From NCBI GenBank assembly GCA_973851085.1, contig OZ316775.1, positions 21,824,001 through 21,888,000 of the forward strand: 64,000 bases of DNA. Reading direction: 5' to 3'. The stretch is from Ptychomitrium polyphyllum (Eukaryota). The translations under genes were made by a program, and so were the position numbers. The notes below the pieces were generated by a model, which had not been told where the DNA came from, did no database searches, and saw only the letters and a program-made list of their open reading frames with translations. Positions 49,545 through 62,324 of the stretch are shown one piece after another (position 1 is the stretch's first letter; each line of letters begins with the position of its first letter).

Positions 49545-52500
49545 AAGTCTAGATTGTACATTCACCTTTATTGATTGAAATTTACAAAATGTATTTGATT
49601 GACTCTAATTTGTGATATTAAACATATTAAAAATGTATGTTTATCTGAATATTATCATCTTATTGTGGCTCTGTGTGTGACTATCATAAATAATAAAGAC
49701 AAGGGCTTGGAGGTCTTTGCAAAGATGCACTAAAAATAAATTTCCTTTTGGTAGAAGGAATATCAAAAGTTTGAAGAGATGTTTTGTGAAAAGAAAGACA
49801 TAGATGATTTGTCAAACAAGATGTTTTTTTACTGGTGATGATAATTATCAATTATTGGCTGCAAAAGAATTCATTAAAATTGACTACGGAAATGAAGCAT
49901 TTTGATATGACAATCATAAGGAGTGGAATGCATATTGCTTGATGTATGTGACTGTTAGAAGCAGGTCTTAAATGCCATGTTCAATACAAGTATGCAAGTG
50001 TCAATCTTCATGTCATCATCAAAATTTTCTTATTTGATATATTGGCTTTATTTATATTGATTTTGAATGTAATTTTTCTTGTTTCTTATTTTGGCTACAA
50101 TGATTTCAATTCCACATAATGCAAGGGAAAACTAGAATGCCCATGTAAAAATCAAATTGTTGTATACTCTTCAGTATATTGCACAATACAAATCCTACAA
50201 CCTTGATAACTTCTAGGAATTACTTATTCCAATGCAAATGAACAAATACATCTCTAATAAGAAATTGGTTGAACAAAGATGACAACAAATATTTTCATTC
50301 AATTTTTAAATATTATAATAAGTTTTTTATCAACTTCTGAATTCATGCATTTGAACAATATTCAAATTTTGTCATTCTTAAATATTTCATGTTGATACTT
50401 AAAATTTAGATTTTGTAGAAGAAGTTCTTGCAAGTTGCAAGATAAGATAATACAAACAAATTGAGAGAAGATACCATTTATAAAATAGACTGCCACTCAA
50501 AAAAATACAGTTTGTAATAACAAATTTTTTTTTGAAGAATGCAGGGTTTTACTACAATGTAAGTTTTTGAAATCAGTGGACATAATAAATTCAAAAGTAT
50601 TTCTTCAGTCCTTCATTGAGGTTTAATTATTTTTTGTAATAGTTTAATTTGGACAAATATTGATTTCAAGTTGAAGGTACACTAGCTTATATGAAAGAAT
50701 ACTTTTGCAAAAAGAATAAGTAACTCAAAGTTTTTAGAATCTCCTTAATTAGAACTTGATTTTGAACCATTTTTACTCAAAGATGTAGGGTGGACACAAA
50801 CAAGTAGCATTTAGTTTTAACCTTGGATTTTAATTGTTCCAACATCATTTATGTTTGATTGTTGTATATTGAACATTCATTCAGCTTGAAACTATTGCAA
50901 TGAAAAAGCTATTTGGACCCTTAGACAATGATATTAATTTAGACTTTCTAAGGTCAATGCTAGATTAAAAAAAATTCCATTTGCTATTAAAGAGCTAGAA
51001 GATCATGCAATTGGACAAGGTTAAATTTGTATATTTTGTAGGATCTTTTCTTTTCACTTGTAGTATGATTTTTTTAAAGCATTCAAAAGGTGAGAAGTTA
51101 TCAAGTTAAATCTTATATATATAATTCAAATCTTATTATCAATTGTATTAGTTATTAATGTAAAATACACTGGTTATAGTGCAAATTGGATGATGCTTGA
51201 TAATATTTTGTCACTTGTTCCAAATTTGAATTTCAAAGTTAGTTTATTGTGAATTTTGAAGTTGGATAATGGACCAAAATTTACTGCCATATTTTTTTAG
51301 AAGTAAATGCAAAGATTATTTATTATGGTATTGTCACCTATTTGATGTGTAATTTATATAGGACATGTTCAAATTTGCTATAATTTATTCACCTATTCTA
51401 TAAACTCTTTGAAAGCCAATTTATTGTAAATGTATTGGTTTTTAAGGTTTTCCATGTATCTCTTTAGACCACGGTAATTTAGTTCAAATTCATTTATTTT
51501 AATTTTCAAATGTTGATCTTTAAATATATAGAGCTCAAACTGTTGCAACACAAAAACATAATGACATTTCTTGCATACTTCATATTGTAAATTAAGCCAA
51601 CGTTTAAGTCCTTGATATTGTAAATTAAGCCAACGTTTAAGTCCTTCATATTTATTAACCAAAAGCTTAGAATGTTTGATGATAGGTATTTGAAATAAGG
51701 TTGTTGGTGTCACGGACATAGATAATGCAACATAGTCCTTAGAACATTCTAGAACCTTCTAGTATACTATAATAGCTTCTTAGAATACTTTTAGAGGTCT
51801 CCACAGTCTTTCCATGTTCTTAGGAAGCTTCCTAAGAAAGTTCCTCTACCTTAGAAAACTTCCTAGGAAGGTTCTATCATCTTAGGTAATTTCTTACGAA
51901 ACTTCCTACAATGATTCCATTACCTTAGAAAACTTCCTAGGAAGATTTTATCATTTTAGGAAACTTCCAAGGAAGGTTCCAACTCCTTAGAAGCTTCTTA
52001 GGAAGGTTCCAACATCTTAGAGGACTTCTTAAGAAGGTTCCCTAGACTTCCAGAACATTCTTAAACCTTGTAGGAAGCTTCTTTAGAAATATCCTAGGAA
52101 ATACAAACGTCATGGTATAAATAGGAGACAAGACAAGTTGTGGAACATCTTGAATCCTGCCTTGTTCTAGTCTTTGTGTCAAAGTTCTTGTTAATCATTA
52201 GCTCTTTGGAAGCTAATTCTTGGAAAACACTTCGTTTCTGCTTCTTGTTTCTTGTGTCCCTAACAGTAAACATGTTGCTATAGTGGAGGTCCTTGAAACA
52301 ATCAATTTACTTTGTGGTCAGCTAATTTCAATAAAGGCGTTTGCATTTTAGAAATATCACATAAAGTGATACTTATAATATTATACAGTAGAATACAAAG
52401 AAGTCTTTGGAAAGGATGCAAAGGAAATGTATGGTGTTGGCAAATGGATTTGGAATATTTGAATGGAAAGGACCTCTATAAAAAATGAAATTATAAATGT

Positions 52501-53128
52501 GATACATGGATACAAGGATTTGGTCATTGTAGACCTTTTAAAATATTTGGTATTCCTTCAATTGTCAAACTTGTCAATTTTTGAATTAAATAAAAAAACT
52601 TTCAAATTTAGCCACCTCCAAGGCTTGTTTTCTTTTGCATTGTTAATTCTTTAAGACAATGGTGCTATGCATGTTTTCATTTCTAATGGCAATGGATTCA
52701 AATTTGTTAAGATTTGGAATTACTTGGAAAGTTTTTATATTTTGAAGAAATACAAGTGAACAACAATTAACCACCTTTGGTTTTGCATCAACTTGAGAGG
52801 AATTTGGAAAAAAACCACAAGTCTGTTCTTAATCCTTCTTGTATTTGCTCTATAGGATTTGCTTTTTGGCCCCCATCCAAGATTTATGGCAAGACTGGTA
52901 TTGAAATCTCTCATGACAATATTAAGCACAACTTTATAATGCACAAAGTCTTAGTTTCAATATTTTATTTCTAAAAATAAAAACCTAATCTATAAAAAGA
53001 TTTATATGCAAGAAAGACCTTAATTTAAGAAATGTTGTATTGAAGTTGGCTTTAGTAGCAAAGATGTTGTGGTTGATATTCTAACCTCAACCAAGGCAAT
53101 TGTGCCTGCTTGTAGAAATATTGGACGG
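49545..53128 (+). pseudogene. Fossil ParB-like plus N4/N6 methyltransferase-like gene, copy 2
   Basis: Duplicate of 25019-28602. Confidence 0.6.
51708..52265 (+). mobile_element. Gypsy solo LTR (family A), copy 2
   Basis: Duplicate of 27182-27739. Confidence 0.85.
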
Positions 53129-53916
53129 ACAAAAGGAGCTCCAAAAAAACTTTGAGAATTACAAGGCATTTTTGGAGTCAATGAAGTTGGAAAGTATATT
53201 GTTTCTTTTTATATTGGAGCAACTTATATAACATTCCAATTTAATTCAAAACAATTTTAATGAAGTGTTTGTCAAGCGTAGTACTTCTAAATAACAAGAG
53301 TAAATAAGTCTTATTTTCATTGTCATTCATTTTTTAAAGTATTGATGGCTTTGGTGTTATATGCAATGCCATTTTATATAAAGACATTATCTTAATGATT
53401 GTAAATATGCTTTAGAATACCATTTTTATGCTCTTTTAGCTTTGTGTCCACTCTAATGAAGCCATTTTTGATATTAGATTATAAAGAAAACATTGCTCAA
53501 GTTCAAGAACTTTGAGTGTAAATCACATTTTTTATTGTAAATCCTTCAATGTTTAACATTGCATTTTAGGCTTGACGTTATGTGTTTTTTGAACTTGCTT
53601 AAGAAAGATTTTCTTTTATAAGTCATTATTACAATTTTTGCAATGATAGCCTTTGAAAGTACATCCTTATTATTCTTTCAACTAACTACTACGGATTATT
53701 ATTGTAAAACAATTCAAAAATTGTCACATTAATATAAATTTATGTCAATTTAATTTCTTCTTATTTATTTTCTTTGAAGTTATTATATTTGATTTTTTGT
53801 ATGCATGTTTCTTATTCCATGATGGCTCTATATTAATGACTTTATTTATTTATTTATATATATATGTTTTTAATTTAATTTTTAATTTTTAATTTTTTTT
53901 ATTTGAGCCATTCACT

Positions 53917-54033
53917 GTGAATCATTGTGAATCATTGTGTATCATTGTGAATCATTGTGTATCATTGTGAATCATTGTGAATCATTGTGAATCATTGTGA
54001 ATCATTGTGAATCATTGTGAATCATTGTGAATC
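53917..54033. repeat. 10-bp minisatellite, copy 2
   Basis: Duplicate of 29391-29507. Confidence 0.95.
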
Positions 54034-54358
54034 TATAATAAGAGTTTTTTATATGTGGTTAGTAAATATTGATTTAAATGCAAGTTCTTACACATGAATT
54101 AAAAAAATTAAAAAAATATTAAGGTGTAGGTTTGTAATTAAAAAAATAAGGCAAGAGAAAAATTAGTTAAAATGAAGGAATGGAAACATGGCAATAACCA
54201 CGTTTTAAGATATTTTGAATGAATCACATCAGGTCATAGCTTAAGGAAATAGCAAACCAATTAGCTGTTCAACTTCCTTATTTACCACTCTCACAAGCAA
54301 TTCCAAGCCACATGCGAGCCATGCTGTTCAATAAAATTAACCAGAATCAAACCCGTTG

Positions 54359-54809
54359 ATCATCAAACATTCATAGCTTTTGGTTAAAAAAGATGAAGGA
54401 CTTAAACGTTGGCTTAGTTTACAATATGAAGGACTTAAACGTTGGCTTAATTTACAATATCAAGGACTTAAACGTTGGCTTAATTTACAATATGAAGTAT
54501 GCAAGAAATGTCATTATGTTTTTGTGTTGCAACAGTTTGAGCTCTATATATTTAAAGATCAACATTTGAAAATTAAAATAAATGAATTTGAACTAAATTA
54601 CCGTGGTCTAAAGAGATACATGGAAAACCTTAAAAACCAATACATTTACAATAAATTGGCTTTCAAAGAGTTTATAGAATAGGTGAATAAATTATAGCAA
54701 ATTTGAACATGTCCTATATAAATTACACATCAAATAGGTGACAATACCATAATAAATAATCTTTGCATTTACTTCTAAAAAAATATGGCAGTAAATTTTG
54801 GTCCATTAT
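54359..54809 (-). repeat. Inverted copy of 26740-27157 (= 51266-51683) with one extra 33-bp unit
   Basis: 451 bp = 418 + 33. ORF 54380 (+) reproduces ORF 26867 (-) with an additional 11-aa repeat. Confidence 0.92.
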
Positions 54810-54909
54810 NNNNNNNNNNNNNNNNNNNNNNNNNNNNNNNNNNNNNNNNNNNNNNNNNNNNNNNNNNNNNNNNNNNNNNNNNNNNNNNNNNNNNNNNNNN
54901 NNNNNNNNN
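54810..54909. other. Assembly gap (100 N)
   Basis: Run of N. Confidence 1.
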
Positions 54910-55990
54910 CCCCGGTCACCATTCCCTTTGTTGTTGTTAATGCTATCCTGCATTGCATGAGATAGAGCCAAAAAGTATCTGAAATTGTAAGTGTTTTGTT
55001 ATTGTATTTGTTGAAATTTGTATTTCCCAATATTTCCTAGTATTTCCGACTAGATTGTGGGAGGAAGAAGGGAGGGGAGGGGCAAAGGGTCCCTCCCCTA
55101 CAAGTACTATCTTGGTAGTTCTCTTACGACCACATTGCCGCTACCATCCAGGAGCAGTTCACCTCTTCTTTCAGAATATCTCTTCTTTTGCAGTCCCAAT
55201 TCTCCGCAAATTGTATTCATTCTACCTTTTCAGTGCAGAAGAGGGCAACAGAGGAATGAGACCTTCATTGACCTATACTCACATGCACATAGGAAATACG
55301 CAGGTGAGTGCTGAGATGCACCTGTAAAGTAGATAGGCAGTTCAAAGAACCCAGAAGCTGCACGGCGAATAACAACCAGAAATAAGCAAATACAGTTTCT
55401 AAGAAAATACATCCTCACCATTAAGTGACGACATTCCATACAACCAACCAGTTTGACCATAATGCCACAGCACAGCACGCATTTGATAATTTCAAACCTC
55501 AAACCTCGAAATGACACGAACAACACAGCTTCAAATTAGTCCTACTGTATTTCTCCAGTACATATCCTCGCTGAAACAACAAGTGCAACAACCAAAAGCA
55601 AGACATCCACGAAGAATTACACGGGCAGTCACTTGGACAATCGAGAGAAAAAACAGGCCCAGCATGAACGACTTACCAAGAACTACAACCCCAAAATCTG
55701 AAATCCACCTATCTAAACATCTTTCAGAATGGAACATGCTCCAGAACTTATAAGAATCCTAAACACACGGTCACACGGTCACAGCCCCTTACCACCCCCA
55801 CCCACCCCCCCCCCCCCCTGAGGTGCACAACGGATTTGCACCCGGCATGCAGCAAGCGCACATGCCCAAAGCCCGAAAATGAAGCTACAGTAGTTGCCGT
55901 TCTCCAGTCACAAAGCTGACGGGAAGTCCAGTCACAAATGATACTCCAATTCCAAAGGTGTCCCGCTACACAAGCACCTCCATTATGCTC
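54910..55990 (-). other. Probable 5' end (UTR exons and introns) of a gene running into the gap
   Basis: Gene-like composition on the minus strand, with donor-like TG|GTAAGG (~55790) and acceptor-like TTTACAG (~55325) and TTTCAG (~54980); frames are open into the N run. Product unidentifiable. Confidence 0.35.
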
Positions 55991-58900
55991 TCATCCATTG
56001 TTCCATTCCTGTATTATATGTAAATATAAATATGTTGTAGTGTTTTAAATGGTATGGGATATAAACTCCTTCAATCTTTACTTAAATAATGTTTTAATAA
56101 TGAAATTGTCCTTTTAGAAAAAGATTCACATTTATCATTAACAAATGTTATTTTTTATCAAGTTTACATTATTCCTTTAGTTAAATGATATTACTTAGAT
56201 GTTTTACCAATTTTATGCATTTTCTTGTTTAATTCTTTAGTTTACCAAGTTCCTAGGTGGCACCAAGTAATTTCAAGATACTAATCAAATCATGGATTTC
56301 ATTCAACTTTCAGCATTATAAGAGTACATTTGATGCATGTAATTGATTGAAAATGTACATATCAATAGTTGACAACTTCACAAAATTAATAGATAAATTT
56401 TGTGAACAAATTTGACTAAAGGAAGATTGCATTGTGGAAATTATTGAAAATGTCAATTTATAAGATATGTTTTTTTTTAAATATAAATTTGGAAGAAGAT
56501 TTAAGCCTTTACATAACTTATTAGACTACCCAACATCAACCTCTTGAAAAATAGAAGACGCCTTCATAAGGAATTGTGGATTATGTTATATGTTGAACCT
56601 TAAGTCAATAAGCTTAGCAAATTGGATATCTATTATATAGAATCAAAAATAAAGTATTTTTATTCATAACATTATCAAGCAATAGAAGAAATTTATATTC
56701 ATTTTGGAAAGTAGAAAATTAGTAATAAATGAAATTGAGTACATAAATGCATAAGTTCAATTTTGTAGCTTATTGCACAAGTTCTTCCAATTTGTTATAA
56801 AATATGATTGTGAGAAAAGAATTGAACTTGTAAAAGATGAAATGATTCTTTTGAAAAAGTGTGCTCAAAATGGTTACTTAAGAATGTTATATATACTAGA
56901 ATTTTAATGTCCAGTTTCAATTTTTTTATAAAAATGGATTACTATATTATAAGACAAGCAATTAAATTTATTTAATCCTAAAGTGTATAGAAATATTCTT
57001 TGCTAAACAAGACATTTATGCGATTTTAAAAAAATGTGCTTCTTACATGGATTTAATGTTATTTTTAATATCACTTCCATTGACTTTAATCTATAATTGA
57101 TGATTCAAATGTTCATAAGAAATTACTCTCATTACCTTGTCACATGTAAAGACTTTAATATACATATAGATAGTATTTTGTAATGTAAAAATATATAATT
57201 ACAAAAGATGTAAGTTAATAAGTCAATATAATTTTTAAGGATTCTTTTAGAAATGAAGCTAATTTAATTCAAGAATGTGTTGATTTACAATTATTTTGAT
57301 GAAATATACAATGCAATGAATGTCGCTTATATAATTACTTTTGAATTCAATGTCAACAATAATTTAAAAACATAATATAAATAAAAAAACCTATATATGT
57401 TCATTAAGCCATGAATACAATAATCTAAGTACATTTAGTAATAATGCAATAATAACATTAAATAATAAATTTATCCTTCAATTATATTTGTAATAAATAC
57501 TAAATGATGTAAAAACTGAATTTATATAAATTTTCAAATGATTTTTTGTACATTATATGTTTCAAAATTTTACATATTTAAATTTTGTAATTTAAACCTT
57601 ACTTCTTCAAGAATTATATACAATAATAAATTTGATGATACAATGACCACATAGTGGTTAATTGGGCATTAAAAGATTAAAACATTATTTGTCTTTCAAT
57701 CAAATATTCACTTAAGATTTCACTTATTATTTAAACTTCTTCATTTCATTTCTACTAATGATTTTATATATTCCAATTTTTCAAGAATGTTTTATTTGCT
57801 CAATTAAAGCGCATGGATTGATTAAGGATATTTTAATAGAAATTAAATATTTTTCATTTAATTAAATAAATATAAATTTATTTTTTAAAGATTATATTAT
57901 ATTTAGAAAAAAATTGTATAAAATTTTTAATTCCTTCATCATGAAGATTTCTTTTTATGCAATATTGCAATTTAAAAAACTAATTCACATACTAATATGC
58001 TTTATTTAAATATTAATTCATAAAATAATTGTTAATATTTTTGCAAATTTTAAAATAGAATAATATTAGAAGTGCCACTTAAATTATAATACAATTGTAT
58101 AAAATGAATGTCATCATAAAGAGCCTACAACCAATTAAGATCATATTTTAAGCATTGATTTGAAGATCTAATGTATTTAAAAAAATAAAGCCATTTAGTT
58201 TCTTCAGCAATCAATTTAGGATTTATACATTGATGGTTTTATATTAAAATTGATACATTGGTGTCATTTGATGAAAAGTGACATAATTCAATAATTTATA
58301 TAAATTATTTTGTACAATGCTATTTTTATTTTAAAGAAATGGTTTTTATATATGGCAATTCTTATGCAACTATTTGATATAAGTTAATATGTTTAAACAT
58401 TGATTCATATATAAAATGTTTTATTTGAATTAAAATATTACTCAAATAAATAATTTTTATTAATAATATTTTTTGAACTTTAATTTTGCTTTAAGGTAAG
58501 ATGCATACTTTAATTTATTTTCTTATAAATTTCCATTGATTTTGTGGTAATTACAAAATCTTGGATTTATATATATTTAATTATTTTCTATTGGACAATT
58601 ATAAGAGAAACAAAGATATTGTTAAATTGAGAAAATTAAAGTTTTTGAAGTTATGTTCAAAAGAAATCCAAAATCTAAGATGGTGTAAAGGTATGGTTGA
58701 AGCAAAATACTTTACATGCTAGATTAACAAAAAATAAAGTTTAAAGAAAAATAAAGATTAAAAAAATTTGAATTTTTTTTTTAGAAGTATTATAAGGTTT
58801 TAATTTTTTTTGAAATTTAAATAGTATAAAAAAATATCTTCTTAAATACTTGAACTTTTCTATAATGCTACTTATTTATTTATACAATTTCAAATAAGTT

Positions 58901-61900
58901 GAACTCTTCTTGACAAAAATATCTTAATCGACAACCAGAAAAACAATTTCACTATAGAAATTGTGGATAAAACGTTTTTTTTAATTGCACTATAACATTG
59001 TATGTATAAAAAATAAAACTATATTATAGAAATACTTTTGTTATGATGAGAAATAGACGTTATATTAATTTTCTTTTAAAACAACCATTGGCATTAATTA
59101 GTAAAATTAGTTATTCTTCATCAATGTATTTAACTCCAACTTTGTTATTTTACTGTACATTACTTTTAGCTACTAGTGGTATTTATATTATTTAAATTGA
59201 AATTTTATTATTTTTTATTCAAAATGAAATATTTTATCAATTATACATATGAAAATCCTTTAATGTGGCTATCACAATGACTTTAATTATGGAAAGAATG
59301 TTTGTTTCGCATAATAAGTCATAGCCTTGAATAAAAATTGGTGTAGATGAAATAATAGGCTACTATACAATGACTCCCAATGCTTATATTATATTATTTA
59401 TTCTATATAATTTGGATGTTTAAATATTCTTTTTATGTGATTATAAATTTTTATTAGTTAGAAGTGTTTGTAAGAATGTGGTTTATAAAAATTTACCACA
59501 TAAATATTATCCACACATCAACTTTTAACAAAAAAATTTCTTTTCAATAAACAACCATGGCTTATTAGAAAAAAGATTTAGAAATCCAAATTGAGGTACA
59601 ATGACATCAATTTAACTAGTTTTTTTTTTTTTGCATATGTGAAATGAGAGTAAAGAAAATTAGTAATCTTTTTGGCAAGAAAATAGAAATAAGAAGAAAC
59701 GTGTTTTATTTCTTAAATTTATCACCAATTTTGAAATTATCATAGGTTTTTAATGATAAAATTTTGTCATGTTGTCTTAACCAACAAATAAGTGGCTTTG
59801 CTTGTTACTCTTTAAAAAAACTTCAAAATAGATCAAACACAAGTAATTAGTTGGCTCATAACAGAGTTCAAAAAATAAAGAGTGCATATATTGATTTGAG
59901 TCGCTCAATTCGAACAAAGAGTATAGCAGTGAATCCTCAAGCAATCCTTGGCATGCAAGCCCCTCACCAGCCCTACTCTGAAATTGAGAACTAAAACTTG
60001 AAGCCAAACGGCGTCCCGAATTCACTCCTTACAGTCATTTTCAACCGTAATTTTTAGGTCTATCAATCCGCATGACAATACGCAATCATCTACGTTGGGG
60101 GACCATCAGATGATCCTCACAAGATCCAACTTGGCGGAGTCTGGGCTATCCACAAGCTCTTCAGCAGAAAAAAGGACATGCTCATCCTTCAAGTATCTTC
60201 CACTCATCAGGACAGTGAGTTCTACAGTCCTCCACTTGGCATTCGATACCTAGACGATACTACTGTGATTCTACTGAGATACTGGGTCATTATCAGGCGG
60301 GTATATTCTCCAAGATTACTCCGTCGTCAGCAAATCGAGGCTACGTGCGAGTGTTGTTGCGGATCCACTGTCCTTCCGACGCCACGCAAACTCCACATAC
60401 CCTTGTGACTGCATTGCACTGCTAAATGAAAATGATCTTTAGCCTTGGAGGACCTCTAGATGCGGAAAGGAGTTGATCAAAATGTGAGAGAGAGAGAGAC
60501 GCGAGAGAAGATTCGTGAACATTCGTCAGATAAAGAGAGAGCTTCACATCAGCAAGTCGTTCTTTCTTGCAACGATGGATGGCTTTTGATGATCGTTTTT
60601 AGCGGCTCAGACCGCAAATTTCCCGCTGCTTTCCCTCCTTCAGAAATTGTAACTCTGTTGTTTTGAAAGGCATTGCGAGGTTTGAGCATACTGCGACTTC
60701 GAAGGGCGCACAGGCGGAGCCGGCGATAGATTTTTGTGGTAAGAATCCTCATACTCCGTCTTCCTGGTTGGAGAAACGTACTTCGCCCGTTAGGCGTTGT
60801 TGTATATCTTTCATTTCAACAAGTGACACTTTCTTCCGCCGGACTTTTCGAATGGAGCTCTCTCTTTTTTAAATGTTATCTTTCGTTCTTTCACGTTTGG
60901 AGACCGTGCGTTAGATATAACTTTTAGCGAGTTTTCTAAGGTTTTCGGTCGAGTTGCGAGCGCTTGTTTATTTCACCCCTCGCTAGGAGTCGATCGTACG
61001 ACGTACAGGAGAAGTAAGGCGAGCGAACATTTCTGCGCTGTTCGTTTGGTGCCGTATCTCTTTTACGATTGTCTTATCCTTATCCGGTCCTCCAAGGATA
61101 AGTGGAGGATCCACAATCGTCCGATGTGTCCAGTAATGAGCATTTAGTGCTGTTATCCACTTCTTTATCGTTTTTCAGAAGTGTTTTTCGGTTTTTACTA
61201 TGAGCTTTGGTACTTTTCTTTCTGACGTTCGCCGAACTCGGCCACAGTTTCCGGTGACCTACATTTTGTGCTTGAAGTTTCTTTTAACCTCTGTCGATGT
61301 TGTGTTAAACGGCTTTAATGATTGGCACACGCTTTCCAGAATTCTTCGGCCTTCAATCCACCTCAGCATCAATTTTATTCTCCGGTCAATAGCTCGAACA
61401 TGTGCGCGATTTTCAAGAAAGGCCTTGTGAACTCGTATTTTCATCTCTGGAAGAACTAGGATAGCAAGTTAGTGTACTATTTGTGATCGGCACTTTGGTC
61501 TGTTTCCTGCGCGATGGTTTGGGAATTTTAATTTAGCAATCCCGTCTGCCGTTTGTTCTAGAGTGCACTCTATACACCGCAGTGTGCTGACGATACTCCA
61601 CAGCCAGTCGCTCTTAGAGTACTCCTCTCAGTTTGAGAACTTCCAAGTAGTTGGTGAAGTTTTGATTGTACTTCGTTGCTCGTTTTTGGACAGTGCTTAA
61701 ATCGAGTGTTTGCCACTTACATTGGAGGAGACAAGCTGTTCCACGCTTGTCTTCTCCATACTTTTTCTTACTACGAAGTCGGTTTTGGTCGGCTTGCGGG
61801 AAGCTAAACAACAAAGGTAACTTTATCGCTCTATGTTTAATCTCCTGTATTCAATTGCAGATTGCTAGATGTCCTCCATGTTGTCTGGGAATTGTGTACT

Positions 61901-62324
61901 ATTACAGCTCGAAGCTAATCAGAAGTTCTGAAGCAACTACACTGCATCCTAGCTATATTGTTTGCAGCAAGTGTGAGGGTGTGTTCTATGGACTGACTAA
62001 GAAGCGTGTCATGGACACATCTGATTGTTTTGTTCTTCCTCTCCCATTATAATGATTTGATTTGGCTCATGGGGCCGAGAGACTAGGCACGCGCTAAAAT
62101 CTTGCAGGCACTGTTTATCAAAAGTTGTCGTTATAAGTGTTGTGAAAGACGGTGTTATTTCAGTTAACTATCTCCTCTATGCAATATTTATTCATCAGTG
62201 TCCGGTTCAAAAATTTCAGCAGCACAGGAGAGCACTTTTTCGACAAATAGCTGAAAAGATAATATAGTACACTCTGGATTTGCATCCTCTAGAACCGTGG
62301 AAACTTACGATTATGGCTGTTTGA

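Larger units (their letters stand above)
39534..54333 (+). repeat. Segmental direct duplication, copy 2
   Basis: Matches 15008-29808. Differences noticed only at 51650 (A vs C at 27124) and 54192 (C vs T at 29666); not exhaustively aligned. Confidence 0.97.
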
